Below, one piece after another: positions 61,123-64,000 of a stretch of DNA of 64,000 nucleotides. The notes beneath the pieces were generated by a model. It had not been told where the DNA came from. It searched no databases and worked only from the letters and a program-made list of their open reading frames with translations. A program made the position numbers and the translations under genes. The stretch covers positions 1,824,001-1,888,000 of the forward strand of contig CAXXWQ010000004.1 in the NCBI GenBank assembly GCA_963674945.2, written 5' to 3'. The stretch comes from an uncultured Desulfosarcina sp. Its GTDB lineage: Bacteria; Desulfobacterota; Desulfobacteria; Desulfobacterales; Desulfosarcinaceae. The number at the start of each line of letters is the position of its first letter. The first letter of the stretch is position 1.

Positions 61123-62249
61123 TAAAATCCGTTCGCATTCTCCTTGTTCTGTTTGGATTGAGCGTAACAACAATGGTGGCCTTTGCGGCTGCCCCGAAAG
61201 TCGTGGATACCGAGGGCGCCAGTGAGAATTCCAAGGCCGATGCCATTCGAATGGCCCAACGTGCCGCCGTGGAACAGGCGGTGGGGGTATTCATTCATTC
61301 GGAAACCGAAGTATCGAATTTCAAATTAAAGAGAGACGACATTCTCTCCCGCAGCCAGGGATATGTGACCGATTATCGTATCCTCAGCGAAAACAAGGAG
61401 GATACTCTTTTCACGGTGCGGATCCGGGCCACCGTATCCATGGATTCCATCAAGGACGACCTGATCGCCATGAAAATCCTGCTGGAGGGCCTTGATCGCC
61501 CCAAACTCATGACCCTGATCGATGAAGACTACCTTCACATGGCAAGACCGCAGATGCGGATCGCCGAAACGGAACTCAACGCCCTTCTCGCACAAAAGGG
61601 GTTCGAACTGGTGGACCAGGCCCATTTGGAACGAATCAAGGACAAGGACCAGGCCCGTCAAGCAATGACGGGCAATGTGGCCGCCGCCTCACAACTGGGA
61701 CTTATGTTCGGCGCCCAGTATGTCATCGTCGGCAAAGCGGTGGTTCAGGACGCCGGAGAAGCATTTCCCGGAAGCGGAATCAAATCCATCCAGTCGAGCG
61801 TTCAACTCAAGGTCATTCAGAGCCAAAGCGGACTGCTGTTGGGTTCTGTGGTGGAAAACGGCGTCGCCGCCCACGTCAGCCAGCTTACCGGAGCGACCCG
61901 TTCCATTCAACAGGCCGTAACCAAGGCAACGGATGCATATCTCGTGAATGCCATCACCGACAGCTTCCAGGACTACCTGAACAATGGGTCGCCGTTAAAA
62001 CTTCATGTTACCGGTGTGACCTCTTTTCGCCTTTACAAGCAGGTGTCGGCGGTGGTCGAATCCATCAAGCCGGTGGTCTCCAGCAAGAAGGAGGGGTGGA
62101 ACAAGGCAAGCGGGCTGCTGATCCTGGATCTGCGGTTCAAGGGAACCAGCGAAGATCTTGCAGAACATCTGGACGGAAAACGCATCGGGGAAAACAGTAT
62201 CGAGGTCGTGGACTTCGCGCCCGACCGCCTGGACTGCCAGCTCAACTGA
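61119..62249 (+). CDS. Exported protein, FlgT-N/LPP20-like N-terminus plus CsgG-like alpha/beta domain
   Basis: Signal peptide AFA; DAIRMAQRAAVEQAVGV.I.SET; GFELVD..GAQYVIVG; ATGA overlap with the upstream gene. Confidence 0.7.
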   Translation: MIKSVRILLVLFGLSVTTMVAFAAAPKVVDTEGASENSKADAIRMAQRAAVEQAVGVFIHSETEVSNFKLKRDDILSRSQGYVTDYRILSENKEDTLFTVRIRATVSMDSIKDDLIAMKILLEGLDRPKLMTLIDEDYLHMARPQMRIAETELNALLAQKGFELVDQAHLERIKDKDQARQAMTGNVAAASQLGLMFGAQYVIVGKAVVQDAGEAFPGSGIKSIQSSVQLKVIQSQSGLLLGSVVENGVAAHVSQLTGATRSIQQAVTKATDAYLVNAITDSFQDYLNNGSPLKLHVTGVTSFRLYKQVSAVVESIKPVVSSKKEGWNKASGLLILDLRFKGTSEDLAEHLDGKRIGENSIEVVDFAPDRLDCQLN

Positions 62250-62289
62250 CGGCCGAGGTGAACTCATTTACATCGACGACGGCAAAGAC

Positions 62290-63903
62290 ATGCAAGAAAA
62301 AGAATGGTGCAAAGCCCAGATTCTGGTTTCTCTCGTGTTTCTATTGTTCAGTTGTACCCATGGACGGGAAACGGTATGGGACAGCGGGCAAGGGACGGCC
62401 GACGGCAAGGTCCGGCAAATCGCGACCATCATAGACCAAATCCAGAACCAGAATCCGACATCGGTGGCGGCATCGGCGTTATCGATCACCGAACCCTATG
62501 ACCAGACGATCTTTCCGCCCGACATCGCCCCTTTCACAATCACATGGAAAGACACGAACCCTGAATCCAGAAATTGGCTCCTGACCCTGCGCTTTACCGA
62601 CGGCACGCCCCCCATCCATGTCCTCGCGGGACAGACACGATGGACACCCGAGGGCGCATTGTGGGAAAAGATCAAGGCCCACTCCATCGGCACACCAGCG
62701 GAGATATCCATCACGGGCATCGATGGGCCAACATCACCGACCGTGACTTCCCGGGACCGCATAACGATTTTAACCGCCGCCGAACCGGTGGCGGCCGCTG
62801 TCTTTTTCCGCCGGGTCCCCCTTCCCTTTTCCACCAAGAATTTCGACCAGATGAAATGGTGTCTCGGAAACATCTCCACCAATGCAAAACCAAAGGTGGT
62901 CATGGAGAATCTGCCCGTGTGCGCAAGCTGCCACCTCTTTTCCAGAGACGGAAAGACGATGAGCATGGAAATGAACTTCGGTGGGGATGGCGGTGCCCAA
63001 TTTGTGACACCGGTGAGAAAAGATATCCGTCTGACGGCCGATGACTTCATGAGCTGGAACGACTACCCCAGGACCGGCGTTCTCCCCAAAAGCAGAGGCC
63101 TCTTCGGCAAGATGTCACCGTCGGCCAATTACCTGGTCAGTTCGGTAAATGAGATCTCCCTTGCCCTGATCACCAACGAAGCGGCCTTCTCACAGGTTTT
63201 TTTTCCCACCTACGGAATACTGGCCACCTATTCCATAAAGGAGAGGAAATTCACCCCATTGCCGGGAGCAGACGATTTTCAATACGTTCACGCCAATCCC
63301 AATTGGAGCCCCGACGAGCAGTTCATCGCCTTTTGCCGTGCCAGAACCAAAAACGAAGTGCACGAAAATATCGCCAACGTGGTTTCCATGTTCAAGGATG
63401 AGGGGATTCATGCACTGAACGAAAAGTACAACATCCAGTTTGACCTGTATCAGATACCCTTTCACCAGGGCCAGGGCGGCATTGCCAAACCAATTGAAGG
63501 CGCTTGTAAAAACGGTTTCAGCAATTACTTCCCCCGATACTCACCCGATGGCAAGTGGATCGTCTATACCCGAAGCAAGACGGGCATCATGCTCCAGCCG
63601 GACAGCGAGCTTTACATTGTTCCCAGCAATGGTGGCGTGGCGAGAAGAATGACATGCAACCGCAAATTGTTCAACTCCTGGCACAGCTGGTCCCCCAACG
63701 GCAGATGGCTCCTCTTCTCTTCCAAGGTCAACACCCCCTTTACGGAAATCTTTCTCACCCACGTCGATGAAGCGGGGAACGACAGCCCTCCCGTGCGCCT
63801 TTCCCAATTCAGTTCCTCCACCCACGCGGCGAATGTACCGGAATTTGTCAATATTGCGCCCGATGCCATCGAATCGATCCGGGTCCAGGGGTACCACGAC
63901 TGA
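62290..63903 (+). CDS. Lipoprotein with TolB-like (PD40) beta-propeller and a CxxCH motif
   Basis: Lipobox LFSC; CASCH; repeats PNWSPD, PRYSPDGKW, HSWSPNGRW. Confidence 0.8.
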   Translation: MQEKEWCKAQILVSLVFLLFSCTHGRETVWDSGQGTADGKVRQIATIIDQIQNQNPTSVAASALSITEPYDQTIFPPDIAPFTITWKDTNPESRNWLLTLRFTDGTPPIHVLAGQTRWTPEGALWEKIKAHSIGTPAEISITGIDGPTSPTVTSRDRITILTAAEPVAAAVFFRRVPLPFSTKNFDQMKWCLGNISTNAKPKVVMENLPVCASCHLFSRDGKTMSMEMNFGGDGGAQFVTPVRKDIRLTADDFMSWNDYPRTGVLPKSRGLFGKMSPSANYLVSSVNEISLALITNEAAFSQVFFPTYGILATYSIKERKFTPLPGADDFQYVHANPNWSPDEQFIAFCRARTKNEVHENIANVVSMFKDEGIHALNEKYNIQFDLYQIPFHQGQGGIAKPIEGACKNGFSNYFPRYSPDGKWIVYTRSKTGIMLQPDSELYIVPSNGGVARRMTCNRKLFNSWHSWSPNGRWLLFSSKVNTPFTEIFLTHVDEAGNDSPPVRLSQFSSSTHAANVPEFVNIAPDAIESIRVQGYHD

Positions 63904-64000
63904 GATCTTTGAAAAAATGAATCAAGAAATTACATCTTCAGATATTTTCATGAGGTGATTGAAAAAGGGGAGAACGCCACTTCTCCGAATGCCAGATCAT

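Overview
Bacterial chromosome segment, most likely from a sulfate-reducing Desulfobacterales-type organism (inferred from gene content and protein sequences). (1) 1-7.2 kb is an AT-rich accessory island that reads as an integron-like cassette array. It has an attI/attC-like site near 252-320, a well-formed attC at 3890-3978 and a degenerate one at about 7014-7089. Cassette 1 encodes a small-molecule-type SAM methyltransferase translationally coupled to a TIR-like/Mrr nuclease fusion. Cassette 2 encodes a 3-TM protein plus a 294-aa unknown. The first gene of each cassette is split by an intact IS (ISAzo13 family, IS1380 family), and both genes can be restored in frame. (2) 7.9-16.5 kb holds a thioesterase, gcdA, a CMD-family protein, a Liv-type ABC transporter and a response regulator. 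(3) 16.8-47.9 kb is the ribosomal/RNAP supercluster with two tuf copies and five tRNAs. fusA is absent from the str operon, and RpoC carries a 100-aa parvulin-like insertion. (4) 48-64 kb holds an MltD-like transglycosylase, an IscU-like protein, a J-like/PilZ protein, a saccharopine dehydrogenase plus LKR-like pair, PPi-PFK and a cluster of exported TPR/CsgG-like/FlgT-like/beta-propeller proteins. A ~100-bp structured intergenic element occurs twice (8594-8692 and 56037-56135). All family calls come from motif recognition by eye; no searches were run.
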